From Saprospirales bacterium (GTDB lineage Bacteria; Bacteroidota; Bacteroidia; Chitinophagales; JADJOU01), in assembly GCA_947461165.1 (NCBI GenBank), contig CANHJR010000001.1:1-52568 (forward strand): DNA of 52,568 nt. Direction: 5' to 3'. The notes under the pieces are model-generated. The model was given only the letters and a program-made list of their open reading frames with translations. It was not told where the DNA came from and did no database searches. A program made the translations under genes and the position numbers. Shown here piece after piece: positions 10,531-19,981 of this stretch. Positions within the stretch are counted from its first letter, which is position 1. The number at the start of each line of letters is the position of its first letter.

Positions 10531-12345
10531 ATGAGATTATTAAAACTCGTTTTTAGTGTTTGTTTAGTATTTATAACCTTAGAGGGAAATGCACAGCGAG
10601 GCAGAAATTCGAATATCCACATGATGGACAATGTAGAGTTGGCACAGAAACGCTATGAAGATTCAATGAAAAGGGTCCGTGATAGTTTTGCTCAAAACTT
10701 CAATATCAAACAATATTTTGCAGAACAGAAAAAACTGCGCGAAGCCCAAGAGCGAATTCAGTTGGATGATAACGTGAAGATGCTCAATAGCTTGATCGCT
10801 GTTTCAGATACCTTGACAACGATTACCATCCAAGCGTCGCAGATGAAAGAATTACCCGATGCGATACGAAGTTTTAAAAACTTGAAGTCTCTAACACTAA
10901 GAAGATGTCGAGACTTGTCTTTGGAAGACGTTGTTTTCAAACTAAAGGACTTGAAAAATTTACAAGTTTTAGAAATAATTTTTTCTGAAAAAAAGAATCT
11001 TCCAGAAAACTTAGGCGAATTAAGACAAATCAAAACGTTAAATTTAAATGGAAATAAAATATCAACCTTACCGGCTAGTATGTCCAATATGGCGTTGGTT
11101 GAAATTAATTTATTTAATAACACACCGATTCAGCAGAATCAAGCATTTGAGGTTTTGTCAAAAATAAAATCGCTCAAAAGAGTCAATATGGGTGGATGTA
11201 GGATAGGTGATTTAGGTGACAATTTTGGACTTATGACCCAAGTCGAAGAAATTGACCTCAAAACAAATGATATAGCAAAGTTGCCTTCAAATCTAGAAGA
11301 AATGAAAAGGCTTAAAAGAATCAATTTGAGCAATAATATCAAACTCGATCCATTGACAATATTTTATGAATTGAGCAAAATTCCTCACCTTGAGAAAGCA
11401 ACCTTAAACAATGTTAACCTGACAGAGGTGTCTGCGAGTATAGGGACCTTAAAACAAATTAAAATCCTTGAACTTCAAGAGAATCCAATAGTTAAAGTAA
11501 GCTCTGAAATAGGGAATTTAGAAAATTTGGAGGAATTGCATATCGGCACGCGTTCAAGTAGTTTCAAGTGTGGATTGAAGACATTGCCATCTGAGCTTTC
11601 AAAATGCAATAAGTTGAAAGTGCTAAATCTAAAAATGAGTGAAATAGAAACCCTACCAACTTCATTCTCTGCGCTTGAAAACCTAGAACACATCGACCTT
11701 AGCTGGAATAAGTTTTCAAAATTCCCCGAGTTTTTAATCAAACTTCCAAGATTAAAATATCTGGACGTTAGTAGAAACGCTATTGGCACTTTTCCCACTC
11801 AATTAGGGTTGCTTGGCACATCACTGGAAACATTGCTATTTGAAGGAAATTTTTATGGAAAATACACTGAAAAAATTAGTAAAATACCGCAGAGTATTAC
11901 AACCCTTACTAATTTAAAGAAATTGAGCATGAAGGACCAAGTTTTTGAAAGCTTACCAGATAATTTTTGGACTTCGCTTGTCAATCTTGAAGAGCTTAAT
12001 TTGTCCGGGGGATTGATTCAAGAAATTCCTGACGGCATCGAATCATTATCTAAATTGAAAACGCTTTATCTCAAAGGAAATGAAATAAAACTTCTAAATC
12101 CGAAATTGGCAAACATGAAAAGTCTGGAGAACTTGGATGTCTCTTCAAATCTCAATTTTGATTCTGAGGCATCTCTAGAAACCATAAAACAACTGACACA
12201 GTTGAAGACTCTTGATATTTCTTACAATGACATCAAAAAACAGGCGGGACGAGAGATTAGAATGGCTTTGCCAAATGTAAAAATAGAAAAACGAGAAATG
12301 TCAGACTCGCCCGAGTATGAAAAAGATAGGTCAAAAAAGCAATAA
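10531..12345 (+). CDS. leucine-rich repeat (LRR) protein, secreted
   Basis: Signal peptide, then about 20 tandem LxxLxxLxLxxNxI/L repeats (for example LKTLNLNGNKISTLP, LEHIDLSWNKFSKFP, LKYLDVSRNAIGTFP). Confidence 0.85.
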   Translation: MRLLKLVFSVCLVFITLEGNAQRGRNSNIHMMDNVELAQKRYEDSMKRVRDSFAQNFNIKQYFAEQKKLREAQERIQLDDNVKMLNSLIAVSDTLTTITIQASQMKELPDAIRSFKNLKSLTLRRCRDLSLEDVVFKLKDLKNLQVLEIIFSEKKNLPENLGELRQIKTLNLNGNKISTLPASMSNMALVEINLFNNTPIQQNQAFEVLSKIKSLKRVNMGGCRIGDLGDNFGLMTQVEEIDLKTNDIAKLPSNLEEMKRLKRINLSNNIKLDPLTIFYELSKIPHLEKATLNNVNLTEVSASIGTLKQIKILELQENPIVKVSSEIGNLENLEELHIGTRSSSFKCGLKTLPSELSKCNKLKVLNLKMSEIETLPTSFSALENLEHIDLSWNKFSKFPEFLIKLPRLKYLDVSRNAIGTFPTQLGLLGTSLETLLFEGNFYGKYTEKISKIPQSITTLTNLKKLSMKDQVFESLPDNFWTSLVNLEELNLSGGLIQEIPDGIESLSKLKTLYLKGNEIKLLNPKLANMKSLENLDVSSNLNFDSEASLETIKQLTQLKTLDISYNDIKKQAGREIRMALPNVKIEKREMSDSPEYEKDRSKKQ

Positions 12346-12423
12346 TTCTTAAAAGAGATAATAGTTAACACATAAACAAATAGGCCTGAGGAGAGATCGT
12401 ATCCTTGGATAAAGTAAAAAAAA

Positions 12424-13911
12424 ATGAAAAAAATTAGAAAAGCAATCGTATCTGTATACTATAAAGAAGGGCTCGAAACACTAATACAAACATTACATAA
12501 ACAAAAAGTAGAAATATACAGTACAGGAGGTTCATATACCTTTGTGGCGAACTTGGGGATTCCATGTCATAAAGTAGAAGATCTTACAAGTTATCCTGAA
12601 ATATTAGGTGGAAGAGTCAAGACGCTTCATCCTGCAATTTTTGGAGGATTATTGGCTAGATCTGAGAACGAAACTGATCAGCAAGAAATGGCCAATAACA
12701 ATCTTCTATTTTTTGATTTGATGATTTGCAACTTATACCCTTTTCAAGAATATCTTGACAACAATGCAAGTGACGAAGAGTTGATTGAGAAAATTGACAT
12801 AGGTGGTGTGACTTTGATAAGAGCAGCTGCAAAAAACTTCAAGGAGGTAGTTTGTATTGCGGACCCAAAAGACTATAGTTCACTCCAAAAAATATTGGAA
12901 CAAAATGATGGTAAGACATCTTTGGACAATAGACGAGACTTCGCCCGAACAGCTTTTCAAACTATAGCCAAGTATGATCAAGCAATAGCGAATTGGTTTA
13001 AGAAGGACGAGGAGGTGGTGTTACGATATGGCGAAAACCCTCATCAGAAGGGAAGATTTGTTGGAGATTTCGACGCCTTATTTGACAAGGTAAATGGCAA
13101 GGAAATTAGCTATAACAACATGTTAGATATAGACGCTTGTATTCGACTGATGAATGATTTTGATATCGAACCAAGCTTTGCTATAATCAAACACAACAAC
13201 TCTTGTGGGCTCGCTTCTCGATCGAATATTTCGGAGGCTTATTCGGCAGCCTTAGCCTGTGATCCGACGAGTGCATTTGGTGGTGTTCTTATATCAAATC
13301 GTAAAATTGATTTCGAAACGGCTCAGAAAATGAACACATTGTTCTTTGAAATTATCATAGCTCCAGGTTATGAAGTCGAGGCATTAGAATTATTGAAAAG
13401 CAAAAAAAACCGCATTATTCTAATACAAAAAACGAAAATTACAATTGCTGAAAAAACGCGCACAGTCCTAAATGGTCAACTCATCCAAGACGGTGATAAT
13501 GTATTTGAAACGGCTGCTTCTTGGAATGAAATCACGAAACGAAAACCTACAAAAACGGAGGCAGAAGATTTAGAGTTTGGCATTAGAGCAGTAAAACATC
13601 TCAAATCAAACGGTATTGCTTTGGTCAAGAATACGCAACTTATTGGAATGGGCTGTGGTCAAACCTCGCGAGTGGATGCGCTTAATCATGCCATTCGAAA
13701 ATCAAAAGAATTTGGATTTGATCTAAACGGAGCCATCATGGCAAGTGATGCCTTTTTCCCCTTTGCAGATTGTGTGGAAATAGCTCATCAAGCTGGAATT
13801 GCAGCAGTCGCGCAACCCGGGGGAAGTGTTAAGGATTCGGATAGCATTGCTTATTGTGATAACCATAATTTAGCTATGGTGATGACTGGAGTGCGTCATT
13901 TTAACCATTAG
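12424..13911 (+). CDS. purH: bifunctional AICAR transformylase / IMP cyclohydrolase PurH
   Basis: MGS-like N-terminus (ALVSVYYKEGL-type, GGRVKTLHP) and the AICARFT domain (LRYGENPHQ, KHNNSCG, PGGSVKD). Confidence 0.95.
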   Translation: MKKIRKAIVSVYYKEGLETLIQTLHKQKVEIYSTGGSYTFVANLGIPCHKVEDLTSYPEILGGRVKTLHPAIFGGLLARSENETDQQEMANNNLLFFDLMICNLYPFQEYLDNNASDEELIEKIDIGGVTLIRAAAKNFKEVVCIADPKDYSSLQKILEQNDGKTSLDNRRDFARTAFQTIAKYDQAIANWFKKDEEVVLRYGENPHQKGRFVGDFDALFDKVNGKEISYNNMLDIDACIRLMNDFDIEPSFAIIKHNNSCGLASRSNISEAYSAALACDPTSAFGGVLISNRKIDFETAQKMNTLFFEIIIAPGYEVEALELLKSKKNRIILIQKTKITIAEKTRTVLNGQLIQDGDNVFETAASWNEITKRKPTKTEAEDLEFGIRAVKHLKSNGIALVKNTQLIGMGCGQTSRVDALNHAIRKSKEFGFDLNGAIMASDAFFPFADCVEIAHQAGIAAVAQPGGSVKDSDSIAYCDNHNLAMVMTGVRHFNH

Positions 13912-14872
13912 GTCCGTTTGACTTTGAAAAAATCGATAACATATCAGAGGCTCCAACAAAAACACCATTATCAATTTTATCTAAAAGCACCTTTAGTTCG
14001 CCTTTAAACTTATGAGCATAGTGTTTCTGAAGTAGCTGAAAAAAAGATTCTTCAGCCCAATATTTTTCTTGGTTTTTTCTAGTCAATGCAACTTCACCTT
14101 TTTCTTTTTGGCTTTCAAAATAGGTTAAAACAGAGGTCCAAATAAGCTCTAAACCAATTTTATCGATAGATGAAAACGTAAATATTCGGCCTGTCATGTC
14201 TTCATCTCTTGTGAGGTGAAGTGCCGATTCTATTTCTTTTTTAGACTTTTCAGCGGCTATTTTAAGATCGCCGTCTGCTTTGTGAATAATGAAAAAGTCT
14301 GCCATTTCCATGATACCCTTTTTTATTCCTTGTAGTTCATCGCCAGAAGAGGGCATTTGAAGAAGAATAAAAATATCACTCAATTGTTTGACAAGGGTTT
14401 CACTTTGACCAACGCCTACAGTCTCTATCAATATGATATCAAAACCAGCTAATTTTGCAATTTCTATGTTTTTATAAGTATTGATTCCTATGCCACCAAG
14501 TTTGTTTGAGTTTGGCGAAGGCCTAATAAATACATTTTTGAGTCGAGACAGCTCAGTCATACGAGACTTATCGCCTAGAATGCTACCATGGCTCAATTCG
14601 CTTGAAGGATCAATTGAAAACACAGCAATCGAAAAGCCAAGACGGTGAAGGTATGTTCCAAAAACCTCTATAAAACTGCTTTTGCCAACTCCTGGTATTC
14701 CACTGATGCTGATGATAATGGACTTATTTTCAGATCGCGTTGCGTCTCGCAAGAGCTCATCTACCAAGAGGTTGTCCTCAATTATTGTACTTTCATTGAG
14801 GGTGATTGCGCGGCTTAGAGCGGCGATGTCTTTCTGTTTGATTTTTTCAATAGAAACCATAGAGCCAGACAT
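13901..14872 (-). CDS. meaB: MeaB/ArgK-type G3E P-loop GTPase (methylmalonyl-CoA mutase-associated GTPase family)
   Basis: GIPGVGKSSFIE P-loop, SIDPSS, GDKSRM, ILIETVGVGQSE and the NKAD-type motif (IIHKADGD). Its 3' end overlaps the purH 3' end by 11 nt. Confidence 0.85.
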   Translation of the reverse strand: MSGSMVSIEKIKQKDIAALSRAITLNESTIIEDNLLVDELLRDATRSENKSIIISISGIPGVGKSSFIEVFGTYLHRLGFSIAVFSIDPSSELSHGSILGDKSRMTELSRLKNVFIRPSPNSNKLGGIGINTYKNIEIAKLAGFDIILIETVGVGQSETLVKQLSDIFILLQMPSSGDELQGIKKGIMEMADFFIIHKADGDLKIAAEKSKKEIESALHLTRDEDMTGRIFTFSSIDKIGLELIWTSVLTYFESQKEKGEVALTRKNQEKYWAEESFFQLLQKHYAHKFKGELKVLLDKIDNGVFVGASDMLSIFSKSNGPNG

Positions 14873-14878
14873 AAAGGA

Positions 14879-16228
14879 CTACATTTTGATCTCGCTGGAG
14901 AATACCTTAAACTCAGCTAGTTTTTCGTTCAAATATGACTTCTTTTCTGCGTTAGTAACTAGTTCTTGAATTGGATCAGTCTCAGAATTCAGTGATTCAA
15001 AGACAGGTTCTTGATGATAATTGTCTCCCGTTAATGGTGCAGACATCCAAACATTGTTTCGTCGAACAAATCGAGTATTACTGTCTTCAAATAGAAATTG
15101 ATTATACCGATATTGGTTTCTGGTTCCACCTTGATGTTTATACCAAAAGCTTTGAATCATAGGAAATGTCATTTCACTATTTTTTTCAAGAGTGGTGTCT
15201 TGTTCAATTCCTATAGCATCAAGCAAACTGTGATATATATATCTAGAACTTATAGGCTTGTCAATGGTTTTTGAACCCTCTCCACCAGGATTTAACCAAA
15301 ACAAGGGGACTCGATTTCCACCATCGTTGACGTTTGAAAAATGATAATACCAGTTCATTTCTCCAAAATTGTCACCATGGTCTGAGCAAAAGACGACAAG
15401 ATTATCCTGATCTCGGTGAATGCTTTCTACAAACTGATTTAGATCGTTTTTGATTATTTGATAGCTTGTCATTTGTCTCTGGTAGATGAGGTCTGCATAT
15501 TTTTGATTGATGACAGGTTCATCTTTTATAAGAAAGTTTTGGTTTACAATCTTAAAAAGGGTAATACATTCCATTGCTTTGTCATACAGCGACTTTCCCG
15601 ATAACTGAAACGTATCTGCAATATGATATGGAAAGTGCGTTTCCATAAGATTTATAAAGAAAAAACAAGGTTGATTTTTTGCATCATTTTCTTCAATTAA
15701 TTGTTTAACCTTATTGAAATTATCAAGATGCGTATTTTGTCCCCAGCAATTGGCAACTTCCAAATCTGCACTCAATTTCTCGCTGATAGCATCTTTGGAA
15801 AAAAGCATTTTACGAACTCGAGGCTTTCCAATTGAAAGCATCAAACGCATCGTTTTTTTTAGTTTGGGTGTGACAAGTTTCCAAACCTTGTGAATCTCAT
15901 CAAAACCTCTATCGAGCCCAAAAATATCTGTAGTTACCGGATTTGCTGTGACTTGGATCGTTTTGTAGCCCTTTGATTTCATGTGCTCTGCCAAAGTTGG
16001 GATGTCCTGTCGAAGTTTACGGGTGTGTGTATCGGCCCGATGTTCGTGTACATTGAGCCCAGTGAACATGCATGACGTTGCTGGCAGGGTCCAACATGCA
16101 GAGGATCTAGCTTGGGTGAACTGAACACTATTCGCCTCGACATAGGGCATATCTATGCCGTTGGAATACACGGCATCTTTTCGCAGACTGTCTGCTACTA
16201 TTAAAAATATGTGTTTTGGTTTATTCAC
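14879..16228 (-). CDS. sulfatase-like hydrolase/transferase (alkaline-phosphatase superfamily), no signal peptide
   Basis: HIFLIVADSLRKDA N-terminus and, later, FCSDHGDNFGE, both typical of the sulfatase fold. The nucleophile region reads SSACWTLPATSCMFTG, so the canonical CxPxR motif is not intact. The ORF ends 6 nt upstream of the meaB start. Confidence 0.8.
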   Translation of the reverse strand: MNKPKHIFLIVADSLRKDAVYSNGIDMPYVEANSVQFTQARSSACWTLPATSCMFTGLNVHEHRADTHTRKLRQDIPTLAEHMKSKGYKTIQVTANPVTTDIFGLDRGFDEIHKVWKLVTPKLKKTMRLMLSIGKPRVRKMLFSKDAISEKLSADLEVANCWGQNTHLDNFNKVKQLIEENDAKNQPCFFFINLMETHFPYHIADTFQLSGKSLYDKAMECITLFKIVNQNFLIKDEPVINQKYADLIYQRQMTSYQIIKNDLNQFVESIHRDQDNLVVFCSDHGDNFGEMNWYYHFSNVNDGGNRVPLFWLNPGGEGSKTIDKPISSRYIYHSLLDAIGIEQDTTLEKNSEMTFPMIQSFWYKHQGGTRNQYRYNQFLFEDSNTRFVRRNNVWMSAPLTGDNYHQEPVFESLNSETDPIQELVTNAEKKSYLNEKLAEFKVFSSEIKM

Positions 16229-16401
16229 TATGATATAATCAGCTATTTAGCAAATGTAAGCGAATTTTTTTATTTACCAATAAGGAGATCAAACATGAGG
16301 TAATTACTCAAAAACAAGTTTTTTTGAAGCGGGCAATAAACCTTAAATCGTAAGTGTATTTTGATATTCTGGGACACGCCATGTTTCGACCTTGTCCCAA
16401 C

Positions 16402-17352
16402 TTAGTATTCCGTCTTGCTATATATTTTTCTTACATTTTGCATCATGATATCCACCAGTTGAGACAAATTAAAGCTTGGGGTCCAGCCCCAATCCTTTCG
16501 AGCAAGCGAGTCGTCAATACTTTGTGGCCAAGACGACGCGATTTGTTGACGAAAATCAGGAATGTATTTTACACGAAAATCAGGATTTCTTTTTTGAATT
16601 TCTGTGGCAATTTCTATAGGGGAAAAACTCATTCCAGAAACGTTATAGCTTGTACGACAAGTAATAGACTCTTTTGGCGCATTCATAATGTCTATGGTAG
16701 CTTTGATGCAGTCGTCCATATAGATCATCGGAAGTGCAGCATCTTCAGACAGGAAGCAAGTATATTCTTCGTTTTTGGCTTCGGAGTGAAATATATCTAC
16801 CGCATAATCGGTTGTACCTCCTCCGGGAAGCGACTGATATCCTATAACACCCGGGTATCGAATAGATCGAACATCTAGGCCATGTCTATTATAATAATAC
16901 TCAGCCCAAAGCTCTCCTGCCACTTTGCTTATTCCATAAACAGTTGCTGGCACCAATGGGACGTGATTTGGAGTATTGGTCAAAGGGATATGATCGCCAA
17001 ATACAGCAATGGTACTCGGATAAAATACTTTTTCAATAGCATGTTTTACCGCCAATTCTAATACATTGAAAAGGCCACCCATGTTTATTTCCCAAGCTCG
17101 CTTTGGGTTTTGTTCACCTTTAGCGGAGAGAATAGCTGCTAAATGAAATATGACTTGTATTTTGTTGGTTTCAATCATGTTATCCAAGCCTTCTGCATCT
17201 AAAACGTCAAGCCCAATGATATTTCTCTCTGGTTGAGCTTTGATATCAGTAGCATAAACCTTTTCAGACCCATATAGTTCCGTTAGTTTATCATGCAATA
17301 CTGTACCAATTTGACCGCCAGCACCGATGATTAAAATATTTTTTCCATTCAT
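16402..17352 (-). CDS. tdh: L-threonine 3-dehydrogenase, extended-SDR (epimerase-like) type
   Basis: ILIIGAGGQIGT Rossmann motif, YGISK (YxxxK), PGGGTTDYAVDIFH and DFRQQIASSWPQSIDDSLARKDWGW. These match my memory of the flavobacterial UDP-glucose-4-epimerase-like TDH family. Start trimmed to MNGKNIL (ATG at 17352-17350). Confidence 0.78.
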   Translation of the reverse strand: MNGKNILIIGAGGQIGTVLHDKLTELYGSEKVYATDIKAQPERNIIGLDVLDAEGLDNMIETNKIQVIFHLAAILSAKGEQNPKRAWEINMGGLFNVLELAVKHAIEKVFYPSTIAVFGDHIPLTNTPNHVPLVPATVYGISKVAGELWAEYYYNRHGLDVRSIRYPGVIGYQSLPGGGTTDYAVDIFHSEAKNEEYTCFLSEDAALPMIYMDDCIKATIDIMNAPKESITCRTSYNVSGMSFSPIEIATEIQKRNPDFRVKYIPDFRQQIASSWPQSIDDSLARKDWGWTPSFNLSQLVDIMMQNVRKIYSKTEY

Positions 17353-17444
17353 TTTTTTCAAATTTCTGTTTGGCACAAATGTAGCATTCTATATTCAGAT
17401 TATAAAGAGAAAAATGAAATGAGAAACGACAATTCAAAATCCGT

Positions 17445-17452
17445 TACATTTG
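17445..17452 (+). promoter_or_regulatory. possible -7 promoter box (TACATTTG)
   Basis: Match to TAnnTTTG only 5 nt upstream of the ATG at 17458. This would imply a near-leaderless mRNA, or it is a coincidence if ATG 17419 is the true start. Confidence 0.25.
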
Positions 17453-17457
17453 TCATC

Positions 17458-18453
17458 ATGAAAATTTTAAAAGTATTAGCCGCTTTAGCTCTAGGGCTTG
17501 CATCTTCTTGCCAATATTTTGAAAAATCCGAGTCCAGTTCCGATTCTGATGCATCTACGATTGATATCAATACGATACAATTTGATGAAAACCTAGCTTA
17601 CCAGTTTATCGAAAAACAAGTTTCATTTGGCCCTAGGGTACCCTCTACTTCTCAGCACAGGGCTTGTGCTGATTGGATATTGTCCGTTTTAAAAACATAT
17701 ACAGACACCTCCTACTTTCAGGAATTCACCACCGTGACCTATGATGGGAAAAAACATCAAGGAAAGAACATTATAGCAAAGCTAAATCCTTCAAACCCAA
17801 ATCGAATTCTTCTCTGCGCGCACTGGGATACACGTCCAATTGCCGACAAGGATATTAAAGACCAAAACAAACCAATTCTTGGTGCCAATGATGCTGGGAG
17901 TGGCGTTGGTGTAGCGCTAGCAATTTTGGATGCTGTTAAAAAATCAAAGACCAAACTTGGAATTGACATTGTTTTTTTTGATATCGAGGACTATGGTCAG
18001 CCGACGAATAGCGAATTGCCGCCTATGGAGAACAGTTGGTGTTTAGGTTCTCAATATTGGGGAAAGAATTATCAAGAAACAAATCGACCTCGATGGGGAA
18101 TATTGTTGGATATGGTAGGAGGTAAAGATGCTTCGTTCTACAGAGAAGAAATAAGTATGCTATATGCTTCAAATTTAGTCGGTAGGGTATGGGAAAATGC
18201 AGACAGATTGGGTCACGGTGCGTTTTTCTTGACAGAAAATATTGGCACCATTCAAGATGATCATCTGTATGTCAATACATTGGCCAATATCCCAACTATA
18301 GATATTATTGACTATAAAATAAAGGAGAACGATTTTGCAGCATACCATCATACACACGCAGATAATATGAGCTCGGTTGACAAAAATACGTTAAAGGCTG
18401 TTGGTCGCGTTCTTTTATATACAATCTATCAAGAGGAACAAATCGGTCTTTAA
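17458..18453 (+). CDS. M28-family peptidase / glutaminyl-peptide cyclotransferase-like lipoprotein
   Basis: Lipoprotein signal MKILKVLAALALGLASSC. M28 metal-ligand motifs LCAHWDTRP, GANDAGSGVGVALAI, FFDIEDYG and AYHHTHAD are present. An alternative start exists at ATG 17419. Confidence 0.8.
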   Translation: MKILKVLAALALGLASSCQYFEKSESSSDSDASTIDINTIQFDENLAYQFIEKQVSFGPRVPSTSQHRACADWILSVLKTYTDTSYFQEFTTVTYDGKKHQGKNIIAKLNPSNPNRILLCAHWDTRPIADKDIKDQNKPILGANDAGSGVGVALAILDAVKKSKTKLGIDIVFFDIEDYGQPTNSELPPMENSWCLGSQYWGKNYQETNRPRWGILLDMVGGKDASFYREEISMLYASNLVGRVWENADRLGHGAFFLTENIGTIQDDHLYVNTLANIPTIDIIDYKIKENDFAAYHHTHADNMSSVDKNTLKAVGRVLLYTIYQEEQIGL

Positions 18454-18456
18454 TTT

Positions 18457-19914
18457 ATGAGGCACTCTTTTATCATTTTATTAATTTTGCTCTCGTTTGA
18501 GTCAGTCGCTCAACGTTTTTCCGGAAATCATCTTGGAGGATATAGTGGTGTCTATGGAATACAAGACAATCCCGCGACCTTTGTCAATAAAAAACCGAAA
18601 TGGGATATAAACGTCTTAGGCACTGGGATTCATTTATATAATCAATACGGATATATCAAGGATCAAAGCCTATTATCATTGATGGGAAGCAAAGGTATTG
18701 TCGATGCTAATGATTCTATTCCAAGCAATTTTGATCCAAACACCCAAGCCTTATTTTATGCCAAGCCTTATTCGAGCCCTATAGATGCATTGTTGTTTAA
18801 TGCATCTGTCAATTTGCCGGGAGCAGTATTTAAGATTGGTAATTTTTCTTTTGGAGCTTTTGCAAATATGAGAGCACATATGGACAATCAAGACTTACCA
18901 ATTTTATTGAATAGATCAAAGATTAAAGATTTACAAAACCTAAATGCATATACGTTTAATCCTACCACGACCAATGCTATGCTCTGGGGAGAGCTAGGTT
19001 TCAATTTTGGATATCGACACGAATTGGACAATGGCAATTTTCTAGGACTTGGGGTCAATGCTAAATATTTGGTTGGTTATGAATCCGCTTTTTTTCATCT
19101 AAACAGCGATTATGATGTTTTGAAAACAGGAGATACATTTTTATCGAATGCTGTCAATGCTGATATGGGATTTGCTTCAGGAGCATCTACAAAATCTAAT
19201 GACTATGAGTTTGGAGCGCGAGGAACTGGGTTTGGTTTGGATCTAGGGGCAGAGTATTTGATTCCCAATAAGGATGAGAACTCAGCGAGTATTCATTATA
19301 TGAAGTTTGGTATAGCTATCAAAGATCTTGGAGGTGTCAATTTTTCAAACAATACTGAAACTCATAAATTTGTTACCAATCAGCGATTTGCAATTGAAAG
19401 TAACATCACAAATCAAAAGGCAAACAATTATACCGTTGTCAAGCGATTGTCACAACGGATTTTCAATGACTCCCTTGCATCCAAAACAAGTTCAAGCTAT
19501 ACGATGTATCTTCCGACATCTATCAATTTGCATTGGGATTACAATTTTAGGCCAGATTTTTATATTAACGCATTTTTAAGTCGCGGTGTTTCATCTCTCA
19601 AAACCCAGCTAACAGCCCCTAGTGTCTTGATGGTAGGTGCCCGATATGAAAAACGTTGGTTTGAAGGTGGTATGAATATGAACTTGGTTAATGACAAGTG
19701 GTTTGGCGTTGGTGCATATTTGAGACTTGGCGTTCTGACCATAGGTTCTGACCATATCAATACTATTTTCTTTGCTCAGCCAGAGTTTGTAGGTACAGAT
19801 GTATATATGAGTCTGAAAATTATGCCTTTCGGTCTGGAAGGGGAAAAGGAAAAAGCGGCTGATCGATTCTATAATGGTGGATCAAAGAGGTCTAGGTGTT
19901 ATACGTATCGATAA
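18457..19914 (+). CDS. hypothetical secreted / outer-membrane protein
   Basis: Signal peptide MRHSFIILLILLSFESVAQ. The sequence is rich in Gly, aromatic residues and Asn with alternating beta-strand-like segments. It starts 3 nt after the preceding gene. No family recognised with confidence. Confidence 0.6.
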   Translation: MRHSFIILLILLSFESVAQRFSGNHLGGYSGVYGIQDNPATFVNKKPKWDINVLGTGIHLYNQYGYIKDQSLLSLMGSKGIVDANDSIPSNFDPNTQALFYAKPYSSPIDALLFNASVNLPGAVFKIGNFSFGAFANMRAHMDNQDLPILLNRSKIKDLQNLNAYTFNPTTTNAMLWGELGFNFGYRHELDNGNFLGLGVNAKYLVGYESAFFHLNSDYDVLKTGDTFLSNAVNADMGFASGASTKSNDYEFGARGTGFGLDLGAEYLIPNKDENSASIHYMKFGIAIKDLGGVNFSNNTETHKFVTNQRFAIESNITNQKANNYTVVKRLSQRIFNDSLASKTSSSYTMYLPTSINLHWDYNFRPDFYINAFLSRGVSSLKTQLTAPSVLMVGARYEKRWFEGGMNMNLVNDKWFGVGAYLRLGVLTIGSDHINTIFFAQPEFVGTDVYMSLKIMPFGLEGEKEKAADRFYNGGSKRSRCYTYR

Positions 19915-19981
19915 GCAAATAGTAATTAAATAAACCTAATTTATAAAAAGCCCGTTGTAATAAAACCAAACAATTCATATT

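Noticed and set aside
12346-12423. Possible ZTP (pfl) riboswitch upstream of purH
   Set aside because: The 78-nt leader lacks the conserved pfl-motif elements as I recall them: a GGGUCGUGACUGGCG-like 5' half and a CCGCCUGGGCA-like 3' pseudoknot partner. It is also too short.
16371-16398. Inverted repeat GGGACA-N16-TGTCCC just downstream of tdh as a rho-independent terminator
   Set aside because: The stem is only 6 bp, the loop is 16 nt, and no U-tract follows on the transcribed (minus) strand. This is too weak to call.
16354-16878. 174-aa plus-strand ORF
   Set aside because: It lies entirely antisense to the well-supported SDR-type tdh gene. It has no recognisable motifs and an odd composition, so it is spurious.
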